A stretch of 64,000 bases of DNA from Candidatus Latescibacterota bacterium (GTDB lineage: Bacteria > Latescibacterota > UBA2968 > GCA-2709665), in assembly GCA_965208835.1 (NCBI GenBank), contig OZ242358.1, forward strand, positions 1,600,001 through 1,664,000, given 5' to 3'. Under the pieces are notes generated by a model that had not been told where the DNA came from, searched no databases, and worked only from the letters and a program-made list of their open reading frames with translations. The translations under genes and the position numbers were made by a program. This document shows, piece after piece, positions 48,667-57,991 of this stretch (position 1 is the stretch's first letter; each line of letters starts with the position of its first letter).

Positions 48667-49593
48667 ATGGACTCCCTCAGGAAGGGCGACAACATTCTGG
48701 ACCTCATCGGCGCGACGCCGATGGTCCGGCTGAACCGGGTGGCCGATCCGGAGGGAGCCGTCGTCTGGGCGAAGCTGGAGGCGTTCAACCCCGCGGGCAG
48801 CGTGAAAGACCGGACGGCGCTGGCCATGATCGAAGCGGCAGAGGCGTGCGGGGACCTGAAGCCCGGAATGAGGATTATAGAGCCCACTAGCGGGAATACC
48901 GGCATCGGACTGGCGATGGTAGCCGCCGTAAAGGGGTACCGGCTGACGATCACCATGCCGGAGGGCGTCAGCGACGAACGCCAGAAGCTGCTCAGGGCGC
49001 TGGGCGCGGAGGTCGTGTTGACATCGGCTTACGACGGGATGCAGGGCACGATACAGAAGGCGCTGGAACTGGTCGAGGACGGAACCAGGTGTTTTATACC
49101 GCAGCAATTCGAAAACCCGGCCAATCCTGATATTCACCGCCGGACCACCGCGCGCGAGATCCTTAGGCAGATGGAGGGAGCGCCCGACGTGTTCGTCGCG
49201 GGCGTTGGGACAGGAGGTACGGTCACAGGCGTGGGGGAGGTCTTGAAGGCCGACTATCCGGAAACCCGCATTGTCGGCGTTGAACCCCAGGACTCCGCGG
49301 TGTTGTCCGGCGGACAACCCGGACCCACGGAGATCGACGGGCTGGGCGCCGGGATGATCCCCGATGTGCTCAACGTGGATATCCTGGACCGCGTCGTTCC
49401 GGTAACCAATGCGCAGGCCCGCCGGATGTCACGCCGGCTCGCAAGGGAAGACGGCATCCTGGCCGGCATTTCCTCGGGAGCGGCGGCCCATGCGGCCACA
49501 GCGATCGCCGCAGCCATGTCCCCGGACGAACGCGTGGTCGTGATCCTGCCGGATACGGGCGAACGTTACCTGGACGCGTATCTCTTTGCGTAA
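48667..49593 (+). CDS. cysK: Cysteine synthase A
   Basis: NPAGSVKDR, EPTSGNTG, QQFENPAN, GVGTGGT and PDTGERY. Confidence 0.92.
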   Translation: MDSLRKGDNILDLIGATPMVRLNRVADPEGAVVWAKLEAFNPAGSVKDRTALAMIEAAEACGDLKPGMRIIEPTSGNTGIGLAMVAAVKGYRLTITMPEGVSDERQKLLRALGAEVVLTSAYDGMQGTIQKALELVEDGTRCFIPQQFENPANPDIHRRTTAREILRQMEGAPDVFVAGVGTGGTVTGVGEVLKADYPETRIVGVEPQDSAVLSGGQPGPTEIDGLGAGMIPDVLNVDILDRVVPVTNAQARRMSRRLAREDGILAGISSGAAAHAATAIAAAMSPDERVVVILPDTGERYLDAYLFA

Positions 49594-49609
49594 ACGGATC
49601 ACGAAAAGT

Positions 49610-49651
49610 AAAACGCGCCCGATGTCTCGCTTGACACCGGGCGCGTTTTTT
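49610..49651. terminator. Bidirectional terminator between cysK and rpsT
   Basis: AAAACGCGCCCG...CGGGCGCGTTTTT. Confidence 0.8.
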
Positions 49652-49664
49652 ATTGCGAGGTTTT

Positions 49665-49916
49665 TTACAGGGAATTCGCCCGTCGGGCGAGGTCCGATTT
49701 GTAACGGGCAGCGGTGTTTCGATGCAGGACGCCTTTTTTGACACTCTTGTCGATGACCGAAACCGCCTGCGGCATCAACGCATCCATTTCGCCTCTGTCG
49801 CTGGTCGTTGCCGCCTTTTTAAGGACGGTTCTCAGTTCGGAACGTGCGCTTCGGTTGCGCAAACGGGCTCTCCGGTTCTGCCGGAGCCTCTTGTGGGATG
49901 ATTTGAGCGTGGGCAA
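49665..49916 (-). CDS. rpsT: 30S ribosomal protein S20
   Basis: KSSHKRLRQN...IDKSVKKGVLHRNTAARYKS. RBS GGAGG, TTG/GTG start. Confidence 0.93.
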   Translation of the reverse strand: MPTLKSSHKRLRQNRRARLRNRSARSELRTVLKKAATTSDRGEMDALMPQAVSVIDKSVKKGVLHRNTAARYKSDLARRANSL

Positions 49917-50019
49917 CACATACCTCCTTCGAACGCCAGCATGCGGGAGCGGACATTTCAAATTACGGCAGATATCGAAGCAAGACAATCTAACAGAAAA
50001 CGCCACGTCGCACAACAGA

Positions 50020-50135
50020 TTAATTTGAAACTCGCAAAGTCGGAGTTCCAGGATGATTGAGCTCAATGGACGTGAACGGAGAAAGAACCCATTCGAACGA
50101 CCTCGACAGCCCGTTTCTGACGGTTCCGCCGCTTG
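50020..50135 (-). repeat. Degenerate family B copy
   Basis: CGGAGTTCCAGGAT...TGGACGTGAACGG...ACGACC...GCCCGTTTC...TTCCGCCGC follows the reverse complement of 47638-47835. Confidence 0.55.
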
Positions 50136-50434
50136 GCTCCAGCGCTGCATAAGCACGTGCTGCCATTCAGGTATCGACTCGTGCAAATCGCACCGGGATG
50201 ATCCGATGCTGCAGTAGATCCTTCGTCGGCCTGGGTGCCGGCCCTGGATGATTGTCTGGTGTCAAGTGAAGCCGATGCACTTCACGGACGTTGCGCCCAG
50301 GCCTCCTCTAGATGACAGTTTTTGCCAACACCTGACCGACTCGTTTCGCCAATGGCGGTGGACGATTATTCCAGCCATTTATTCCGCAAACTTTCGTTGT
50401 TAATCAAATCTGGTTTGAACAGGCGTGATCGAGC

Positions 50435-51355
50435 CTAATTTACCTTCATTAACTCAACCTCGAAGATGAGCGTCGAACCGGGCGGGATCGCCGGATTCCC
50501 ACGGTCGCCGTAGGCGAGGTCGGAAGGTATGTAAAAGGTGAATTTGGCCCCTTCCTTCATCAGCTGCAAGCCTTCGGTCCATCCCCTGATGACGCGGTTG
50601 AGCGGGAACGTGGCCGGTTGTCCGCGTTTGAAAGAGCTGTCGAATTCCTTGCCGTCGAGGAGGGTGCCGCGGTAGTGGACCGTTACGTTATCTGTGGAGG
50701 AGGGCGATTTACCGGATCCCTCCCGGGTTATCTTGTACTGAAGGCCACTGGGGAGTTCCACGACGCCGGTCTTTGTCCTGTTTTCCGCCAGAAACTGCCT
50801 TCCCTCCTCTTTGTTTTTCATTGCCAGTTCTCCAATGTTGGGCCTCGCGCGACGGGCCTTCATCTGTTCCTGTTGTCGGTCGACGATCCTTTGTTTCAAT
50901 GACGTCATGGCCGCCTCGATCTCCTCTTCGTTCATCCGGCCGCCCGCCTTTGTGACGCGGTCCTTTACACCGAGGGAGAACGCATCGGGATCGACTTCAA
51001 TTCCCGAATTCTGCCGCAGGCCGTTTACGATGTCCCTGCCTACGGCGTAACCGAGAGAATAGTTGAGCTTCTGCCGGTCCTGAACGTCCTTCTCCTGTCG
51101 AAAGGCCAGCAGGGCCTGCTCGATTTCGTCGCGGGTGTAGAGGGTCCCCCCGCCCGCCGCCGCTTCTCTGACGCCCTTTCCGTATGCGTCGGCATCGAGT
51201 GCTATCTGCGTTTTTTCCAATCCCTTTGCGACTTCCTCGCCAATCGTGTATCCCAGGCTGTAGCTGGTTCTCTCGTCGTCCGTTGCCAGTTCTTTCTTTT
51301 CCGCCTCGCAGGCGAAAAGAAGCAGCGATACAAGCAATATACATCCTCTTCTCAT
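50435..51355 (-). CDS. FKBP-type PPIase (Mip/FkpA-like) with duplicated N-terminal domain
   Basis: SGLQY, VHYRGTL, FDSS, VIRGWTEG and IPPGSTLIFEVEL. Lipobox LFAC. Confidence 0.92.
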   Translation of the reverse strand: MRRGCILLVSLLLFACEAEKKELATDDERTSYSLGYTIGEEVAKGLEKTQIALDADAYGKGVREAAAGGGTLYTRDEIEQALLAFRQEKDVQDRQKLNYSLGYAVGRDIVNGLRQNSGIEVDPDAFSLGVKDRVTKAGGRMNEEEIEAAMTSLKQRIVDRQQEQMKARRARPNIGELAMKNKEEGRQFLAENRTKTGVVELPSGLQYKITREGSGKSPSSTDNVTVHYRGTLLDGKEFDSSFKRGQPATFPLNRVIRGWTEGLQLMKEGAKFTFYIPSDLAYGDRGNPAIPPGSTLIFEVELMKVN

Positions 51356-51470
51356 TGAGCTCTCCTGTCTGATAAGGTGATTTCTCCGCCGCCCGCGTCG
51401 TATCAGTAACGGGAATCGTCTCGAAGCCATCAACAATGTTTTCTTGGCACGCCGTCGAGCGATGCCCCGC

Positions 51471-52238
51471 TCAACGAATGTAGATCCCGCCGTTGGCGTC
51501 GATGATTTCGCCCGTTATGAAGCTTCCCTGGTCGGAAGCCAGGAGCATCACGGCGCCGACCATTTCCTCGGCCAGCCCGACCCGTTTCAGCGGTGTGGCT
51601 TCTCCGAAGGATTCAAGTTGCTCCGGTGTGGAATGCCGGTGCTGCATCGGCGTGTCGATCACGCCCGGCGCCAGGGCATTCACCCTGATGCCGTACGGCG
51701 CCAGTTCCCTGGCGAGTCCCCTTGTGAACGTGTTGACCCCGCCCTTTGCGGTACCGTAGGGAAGGGTGCCGCCGCCTCCGCCCGTATGGCCCGCGACGGA
51801 GGATATATTCACGATGGCGCCGGTACGGTTTTCCTGCATGGCGGGAATGGCCGCACGGCAGCAGAGGAACACGCTCTTCAGATTGACGTTGATCATGTGG
51901 TCCCAAAGTTCCTCGGGGCACTCGGCAATGCGCGCCTTGTCCATCCACTGTCCGGCATTGTTAATTAGCACATCCAGCCGACCGCCGAAGACTTCCAGGG
52001 TATGGTCCACCATTCGCTGCACGTCCGTCGCACTGCAGACGTCCGTCCGCAGGGTTTCCACGCGGCCCGTCAGCGGCGCGGCCTCCTCCTTGAGTTCGTC
52101 CGCGCCGGCCCTGTTGCTGTTGTAGGTGGCGACGACAGATGCGCCTTCGTCTGCAAGTGCGAGTGCGACGACCCTGCCGATTCCGCTGCTGGCGCCGGTA
52201 ACGATTGCGACTTTGCCGGTGAACTGCCGGTCGTTCAT
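51471..52238 (-). CDS. SDR oxidoreductase
   Basis: TGASSGIG, NNAG and YGTAK. Confidence 0.92.
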   Translation of the reverse strand: MNDRQFTGKVAIVTGASSGIGRVVALALADEGASVVATYNSNRAGADELKEEAAPLTGRVETLRTDVCSATDVQRMVDHTLEVFGGRLDVLINNAGQWMDKARIAECPEELWDHMINVNLKSVFLCCRAAIPAMQENRTGAIVNISSVAGHTGGGGGTLPYGTAKGGVNTFTRGLARELAPYGIRVNALAPGVIDTPMQHRHSTPEQLESFGEATPLKRVGLAEEMVGAVMLLASDQGSFITGEIIDANGGIYIR

Positions 52239-52302
52239 ATCGGTCCTCTCTCCGCGTCGAAAGACTTTCCGTCTCTGCTGTTGTGCCGCGGGAGCGATCG
52301 TC

Positions 52303-53070
52303 TCAGTGCTTGTCAAACAGCTTCTTCCAGTCCGAGAAGGCCATCTGTCCGCCGTCGGCAACGAGGGTCTGTCCGGTTATGAACCGGGCGTCCGCGGTGG
52401 TGAGAAAGTGTACGATGCCCGCGATTTCCTCGGGTTCGCCGTAGCGTCCCTGCGGTATCAGCTTCAGGTAGTTGTCCAGGGATTCCCTGTCGTCCAGCAG
52501 ATCGTCGTTCGCAGACGTGTTGATGACGCCCGGACAGATGGCGTTCACGCGCACGTTGTGCGGTGCGAATTCTCCCGCGGCGGTTCGGGTGAAGGCAACG
52601 AGCGCGGCTTTGGATGAGTCGTAGGCGGCGGAACCCTTACTGGATACCATAGCGTTGCGGGATGCAATGTTGACAATGACGCCGTCGCCGCGTTCGAGCA
52701 TACCGGGTGCGATCTCCCGGGTAAGAATGAACGGGGCCGTGGTATTGATCCGGTAGATTTCTTCCCATCGGTCCAGGGCGATGTCGACCAGGGGCTCGTA
52801 GCACCAGGCTCCGGCATTGTTGACGAGCACGTCGATGGCCCCGTTCTCCTTCACAAGCTTCGCCACCATGCCGGGGATGGCCTCAAGGTCGTTCAGGTCG
52901 AAGACGCACGTGATGGTGTTGGAAACACATCCGGCCAGCTGCTTCAGCGCGTGTTTGGAACGATCCAGGGCGATGACCCGATGGCCCTCGGCGGAAAACC
53001 GTTTGGCAATGGCTTTGCCGATGCCGCTGCCGGCGCCGGTCACGAAAGCCAGCGTGCCGGATCTGTCCAT
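52303..53070 (-). CDS. SDR oxidoreductase
   Basis: TGAGSGIG, NNAG and YDSSK. Confidence 0.92.
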   Translation of the reverse strand: MDRSGTLAFVTGAGSGIGKAIAKRFSAEGHRVIALDRSKHALKQLAGCVSNTITCVFDLNDLEAIPGMVAKLVKENGAIDVLVNNAGAWCYEPLVDIALDRWEEIYRINTTAPFILTREIAPGMLERGDGVIVNIASRNAMVSSKGSAAYDSSKAALVAFTRTAAGEFAPHNVRVNAICPGVINTSANDDLLDDRESLDNYLKLIPQGRYGEPEEIAGIVHFLTTADARFITGQTLVADGGQMAFSDWKKLFDKH

Positions 53071-53315
53071 GGATTGACCTTAATGAGTCTTTATTTCGGG
53101 GACGTTCAATGGAATAATCGCCGCCGCTTGGCGCCCATACCATCTATGCTTTTTGTGCCCGCCGGCCGCGCTGTACCTGACGCGGACAGGCCTCTTGTGG
53201 CAATTGATCTCAGCCACGGATTTTATGTAGTATCACGTTTTTTGGCAGTTTCGCCGTCTCGTTTTTTGTCTTTCGTAGTCTCGTAGTCTCGTAGTTTCGC
53301 GTTTTTCGTAGCCTC

Positions 53316-54518
53316 TCACAGCCATCCCGCAACGGTCCACATGGCGCTGAGGCGGCCGAAGGAGGCATTGCGAAGCGCAGTGGCGTCAGATACGGGGTCG
53401 CCGCCGTAGTATCGATTGAACTCGTCGCGTATGCGCGCTTCGAGGCTGGTGGTTGCGTCCAGCGGAATATCAAGCCAATCGCCTCCGGATTCGGCGCTCT
53501 CGCGCAGCGCCACCCACATTTCATAGTCCAGCCGTCCGCCCTCCGCGCCGTATCGGGGGCTGGTGTTCCGCGTGACGGCCGTGTGAAGGCTTTCCAGAAT
53601 GGCGGCTTTTGCCACGTCGTCCTGACTGGAAATCCTGTACTGCTTGTAGGGATTCTCCCAGGCAATCGGAGGGTCGGTGTCCACCTGCACCCTGGCGAGG
53701 ACCCGTTCGCCGTCGACTTCCTCGTGGATTTCACGGATGGGGCAGGTCTTGGGTCCGCCGGAGTCGTAGAGGGTGAGTTCGCCGCCGGAGAGGTACCCGT
53801 TTACGGCTTCTATATCCCAATTCATGCCGGATGCCGCGCCGGGTATGGTGGGCATTTCGTAGATACACGCCACGTCGTTCTCAAATTCGATCACGCCGCT
53901 TTCCCACCAGCGGGTCGTTTCGCTTCCCCCGCCGTAGTTCCTGTAGGGGGGAACCTCGACGGCCTGGGCGTAACCCATTGCGCGCCGCGGTTTGCTGTCC
54001 AGAATCGTGCGTACGGCGTTCAGGCCGTGATAACTGCCCGCGGGATACCGGAGACGTGCGTGTGTGAGCCTTCCCAGGACGCCCGAACCCACGATTTTCT
54101 GTTTGAGCTGCTCGTTGGGCCAGAGCCAGACGTTTTCAGCGACTTCCCACTTCAGCCCCTTTTCGCTTGCCGCGCGGGCGATCGCGTCACCCATGTCCAG
54201 CGTGAGCGCGTAGGGTATTTCGGTGATTATGTGACAACCGTGTTCAATGCCGGCAAGCGCGGCCACCGTCTGGCCGTCGGTGGGGAGCAGGACGAAGAAG
54301 ACATCCGGCTTTTGTTCCTTCAGCAATGATTCGATGCACGTATAGCGCGCCGGAACGTCGAACTGCTCGCCCGCCGCGTGCAGGGCCTCCCGGCCGGCGT
54401 CGCAGATGGCGCAGAGGTCGTATAGATGCGCAAGCCTTTTGATCGTAGCCAGGTAGCTTCTGGCGCGGGAACCGGCCTCGACGCCGACACCGGCTACGGC
54501 CAGACGCAGCTTGGACAT
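53316..54518 (-). CDS. Gfo/Idh/MocA oxidoreductase (divergent)
   Basis: LRLAVAGVG, HIITEIP and EVAEN. Confidence 0.75.
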   Translation of the reverse strand: MSKLRLAVAGVGVEAGSRARSYLATIKRLAHLYDLCAICDAGREALHAAGEQFDVPARYTCIESLLKEQKPDVFFVLLPTDGQTVAALAGIEHGCHIITEIPYALTLDMGDAIARAASEKGLKWEVAENVWLWPNEQLKQKIVGSGVLGRLTHARLRYPAGSYHGLNAVRTILDSKPRRAMGYAQAVEVPPYRNYGGGSETTRWWESGVIEFENDVACIYEMPTIPGAASGMNWDIEAVNGYLSGGELTLYDSGGPKTCPIREIHEEVDGERVLARVQVDTDPPIAWENPYKQYRISSQDDVAKAAILESLHTAVTRNTSPRYGAEGGRLDYEMWVALRESAESGGDWLDIPLDATTSLEARIRDEFNRYYGGDPVSDATALRNASFGRLSAMWTVAGWL

Positions 54519-54534
54519 GGAATGAATTCCTCCA

Positions 54535-55341
54535 TTAGATATAGTCTTCCGCGCGGTCCCTCGGGACAAAACCGAGGACCTCCCTGGCGTGGTTCATGTC
54601 CACCCAGCAATACCTGTTGTTGGAGATGCTGTAGAAGATATCGAAACGGAGATCGTCAGGCGCGACGATACAGTCTTCGGTGATCTTCACGACGTCGCGC
54701 TGGCTGCACCACACCGCGGAGAGTTCGGGGCTGGCCGGTCGGTCTTCGGCGTTTACCGCCCCGATCCGCAGAGAGATGCACGAGAGCCCGTGTGCGTCTG
54801 AGTAGAATCGGCACAGGGCTTCACCCCAGACCTTGCTGGCGGAATAGGGTTCCGTGGGCCAGGTCGGGTGTTTGTGCGTGACGATCGGGATGGGGTCGGG
54901 AAGATCGTCGTACCGGCATTCCTGGATGGCCTTGTAGGGTTCTTCGGTCTGATATCCCCAGTTGGTCATGATGGAACTGGCGTAGATGATCCGCCTGACG
55001 CCCGCGAGGCGGCAGGCTTCGAAGACGTTATAGGCCCCAACTACGTTGCTGTTCAAAATGTCGTCCCAGCCGGCTTCGGGCCGCGGATCGGCGGCCATCT
55101 GAACGACAGTGTCCATGCCGTCGACGGCGTTCCGCACGGCGTCCATGTCGGAGAGATCCGCGAGGTGAAATTTGTCGTCCGGGATGTTGAGCATGCGACC
55201 GCCGGGCGCCCGGTCCGAAGGAAAGCGCCTGCGCGCGAGCGCGTACGTGTCGTATACATCGGGTGACTGAACCAGGTGCTCGTAAATGGCGCCCGGGATC
55301 AGCCCGTATACGCCTGTGACGAGAACTCTTCGGGGGGGCAT
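54535..55341 (-). CDS. NAD-dependent epimerase/dehydratase (uronate dehydrogenase-like)
   Basis: LVTGVYGLI, YASS, YSASK and LRIG. Confidence 0.82.
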   Translation of the reverse strand: MPPRRVLVTGVYGLIPGAIYEHLVQSPDVYDTYALARRRFPSDRAPGGRMLNIPDDKFHLADLSDMDAVRNAVDGMDTVVQMAADPRPEAGWDDILNSNVVGAYNVFEACRLAGVRRIIYASSIMTNWGYQTEEPYKAIQECRYDDLPDPIPIVTHKHPTWPTEPYSASKVWGEALCRFYSDAHGLSCISLRIGAVNAEDRPASPELSAVWCSQRDVVKITEDCIVAPDDLRFDIFYSISNNRYCWVDMNHAREVLGFVPRDRAEDYI

Positions 55342-55689
55342 GTCACCTCCATGGAGGGATGTGTTCGCGATAAGGCCTGGACGGATCAAATATCAGAAGA
55401 CACTTAATAAAGCAATATGTAATAACTACTTGCTCAGATCATTCGAGAAAGCGTGACGCTTCCGGTCGTCCCCGCGGTTCCCCGACGAATGGCGAATCAA
55501 GTTAACGCAACCGCGTGAAATAGGAAAGAGAAAACGCGACTGCTCGCCTCATCCGCCGGGCCGGTGGAATCAGCTGAATTCCGTTGGTTTTCGGCTTTCA
55601 CTCGTCTGCACAAACCGGCTTTTCGACTCTGCGTGGGATATGTAACGGCAGCCCGCGGGCCATTGCGGTGTGGGAGGGGTTTAATTTCG

Positions 55690-55717
55690 TTGACACACGG
55701 CGCGACGCGTCTATATT
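55690..55717 (+). promoter_or_regulatory. sigma70 promoter upstream of the pyrH-purD operon
   Basis: TTGACA-16-TATATT. Confidence 0.6.
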
Positions 55718-55900
55718 AAACCGGTATGGTTTGCAGGAGGCGCCTTCCCGCAGCGTTTCGGATCAGATATTCCCGTCTGGTGCATGAAACGCCCGCGGCG
55801 ACTCCGGGTTTCACCCTCGACCCGCAATCCGAGTTCCTTCCTCCCCCGGTTTTCACCCCATACTTGTCATTCCATCCGTACCCCGGAGTGTACCAGAATA

Positions 55901-56635
55901 ATGAGATACAGGCGAATTGTGCTTAAGTTGAGCGGCGCGGCCGTCGCGGGTGACCGGGAATTCGGTTTTGACCCGATTGCGCTGGAGTACATCGCCGATG
56001 AAATCCTGGCTGTTCACAGGCTGGGCGTCGGCGTCGGCGTGGTTATCGGCGGCGGGAACATCTTCAGAGGGATGCTCGGCGCGCAGTGGGGCATCGAAGA
56101 GTCCGAAGCCCACAACATCGGTATGCTCGGAACGATCGTCAACAGCCTGATGTTGCGGGGCGTGATGACCGCCCGGAGCGACGCCGAAGTGCGCGTGATG
56201 ACGGCGATTCCGATCAACGCGGTCGCCGAACCGTTTATCCGGCTGCGCGCCATCCACCACATCGAAAAGGGCTATATCGTCATCTTCGCCGGCGGTATCG
56301 GCAATCCCTACGTCACAACGGACTATCCCGGTGTCCAAAGGGCCCTTGAGATCCGGGCGGATGCCATTCTTTTCGCGAAACACAAAACAGCCGGCGTATA
56401 TACCGACGATCCGAACAGGAGACCCGATGCGCGACTGTACCGAAGCGTCGGCTACGATACCGTGGTGCGGGAAAACCTGGGCGCGCTGGACCAGTCCGCG
56501 GTGATTCTGGCCAGGGACAACCGGCTTCCCATCCATGTATTCGATTTCGACACACGCGGGACCATGCGGCGGATTCTCGAGGGCGAGGATCTGGGTACGG
56601 TGATCGCGCATGGTGCCGACGACGAGTTAGAATAG
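55901..56635 (+). CDS. pyrH: UMP kinase (divergent PyrH-type)
   Basis: RIVLKLSG, IGGGNIFRG, GNPYVTTD and GVYTDDP. Confidence 0.85.
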   Translation: MRYRRIVLKLSGAAVAGDREFGFDPIALEYIADEILAVHRLGVGVGVVIGGGNIFRGMLGAQWGIEESEAHNIGMLGTIVNSLMLRGVMTARSDAEVRVMTAIPINAVAEPFIRLRAIHHIEKGYIVIFAGGIGNPYVTTDYPGVQRALEIRADAILFAKHKTAGVYTDDPNRRPDARLYRSVGYDTVVRENLGALDQSAVILARDNRLPIHVFDFDTRGTMRRILEGEDLGTVIAHGADDELE

Positions 56636-56675
56636 GTATAGTGAACAAAGACGCCAACGCGAGGGTTCCGTTCAG

Positions 56676-57956
56676 ATGAAAGTGTTGATTGTGGGAAAGG
56701 GGGGGCGCGAGCACACGTTCGCGTGGAAGATCTCCCGGAGTCCGAAGGTGAGCCGCATCTATGCCGCTCCCGGAAATCCGGGAATGGCCGGACATGCCAC
56801 TTGCGTGGATATCGGCGTCGACGACCCGGACGGACTCGTGGCGTTCGCGCGGCGGGAACGCATCGATCTGACCGTGGTCGGGCCCGAAGACCCGCTTGCA
56901 AACGGGCTTGCGGACCGGTTCGAGGCGTTGGGGCTTCGGGTGTTTGGCCCCTCGCAAGCAGCGGCACAGATCGAGGCCGACAAGGACTTTGCGCTCCGTC
57001 TGATGCACAAACATGGTATTCCCACGGGCGAGTATCGAACGTTTACGGACCCGGACGACGCGCGGGGGTTCGTGCGGGACTGGGGAGCGCCGGTAGTACT
57101 GAAGGCCTCGGGTCTGGCGGCCGGAAAGGGTGCGCTGGTGTGCCATACGGTGGATGAGGCGCTGCGTGCTGTGGACCGGGTACTCGTCGACCGGGAGTTC
57201 GGCGACGCCGGTGAGAAGCTGGTGCTGATGGAGTATCTGGAGGGAGAGGAAGCGTCGATTACGGGGTTTACCGACGGGAAACACGTGGTGTGCGTCGTCC
57301 CGTCCCAGGACCACAAAACCATCGGCGAGGGCGATACCGGCCCCAATACCGGGGGCATGGGCGCTTACGCACCGGCCTCCGTGGTGACGCCGCAGATGCA
57401 GAAGGTCATACTGGAACGCGTGATGCTGCCCACGGTTAATGCGCTCGCGGCGGAAGGGCGGCCGTACAAGGGGATCCTCTATGGCGGCTTGATCCTGACC
57501 GAAAGCGGGCCCCGCGTTATCGAATTCAACTGCCGACTGGGCGACCCGGAGGCGCAGGTGGTGCTGCCGTTGCTGAAGACCGATCTTGTGGACATTATGG
57601 AAGCCGTGTCCGAAGGCACCCTCAAAGACCTGGAAATCGAGCTGGACGATCGGGCCGCAACCTGCGTGGTTCTGGCTTCCGGAGGGTATCCGGGCGCGTA
57701 CCAAACCGGATTTGCGATTTCCGGGCTGGATGAGGCGGAAACCGAGGACGACGTGCTGGTGTTTCACGCGGGCACGGCGCGGCGTGGAGGTTCAACTGTT
57801 ACCGACGGCGGCAGGGTACTGGGGGTAACGGCCGTTGGTGCGGATATCAGGGCTTCCGTCAATCTTGCGTACAAGGCGATCGGAAAGATTCAATTCGAAA
57901 ATGCGTATTTCCGGAAGGACATCGCACACCGCGCTCTGGAGCGTCAGGAGGTGTGA
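56676..57956 (+). CDS. purD: Phosphoribosylamine-glycine ligase
   Basis: GGREH, GLAAGKG, GPNTGGMG and EFNCRLGDPE. Confidence 0.97.
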   Translation: MKVLIVGKGGREHTFAWKISRSPKVSRIYAAPGNPGMAGHATCVDIGVDDPDGLVAFARRERIDLTVVGPEDPLANGLADRFEALGLRVFGPSQAAAQIEADKDFALRLMHKHGIPTGEYRTFTDPDDARGFVRDWGAPVVLKASGLAAGKGALVCHTVDEALRAVDRVLVDREFGDAGEKLVLMEYLEGEEASITGFTDGKHVVCVVPSQDHKTIGEGDTGPNTGGMGAYAPASVVTPQMQKVILERVMLPTVNALAAEGRPYKGILYGGLILTESGPRVIEFNCRLGDPEAQVVLPLLKTDLVDIMEAVSEGTLKDLEIELDDRAATCVVLASGGYPGAYQTGFAISGLDEAETEDDVLVFHAGTARRGGSTVTDGGRVLGVTAVGADIRASVNLAYKAIGKIQFENAYFRKDIAHRALERQEV

Positions 57957-57991
57957 GATCGCCGGGCCGGTGTTTCCGCGGGTGACGGATC

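Noticed and set aside
43581-49593. Genomic island integrated at tRNA-Lys
   Set aside because: No integrase and no duplicated tRNA 3' end seen. The cargo is ordinary sulfur metabolism.
49917-50186. 173-aa extended S20
   Set aside because: The RBS and homology start at ~49916. The extension runs through a decayed family B repeat.
50215-50320. REP-like GATCCTTCG...GATGAC remnant
   Set aside because: Too degenerate, and single-copy in this window.
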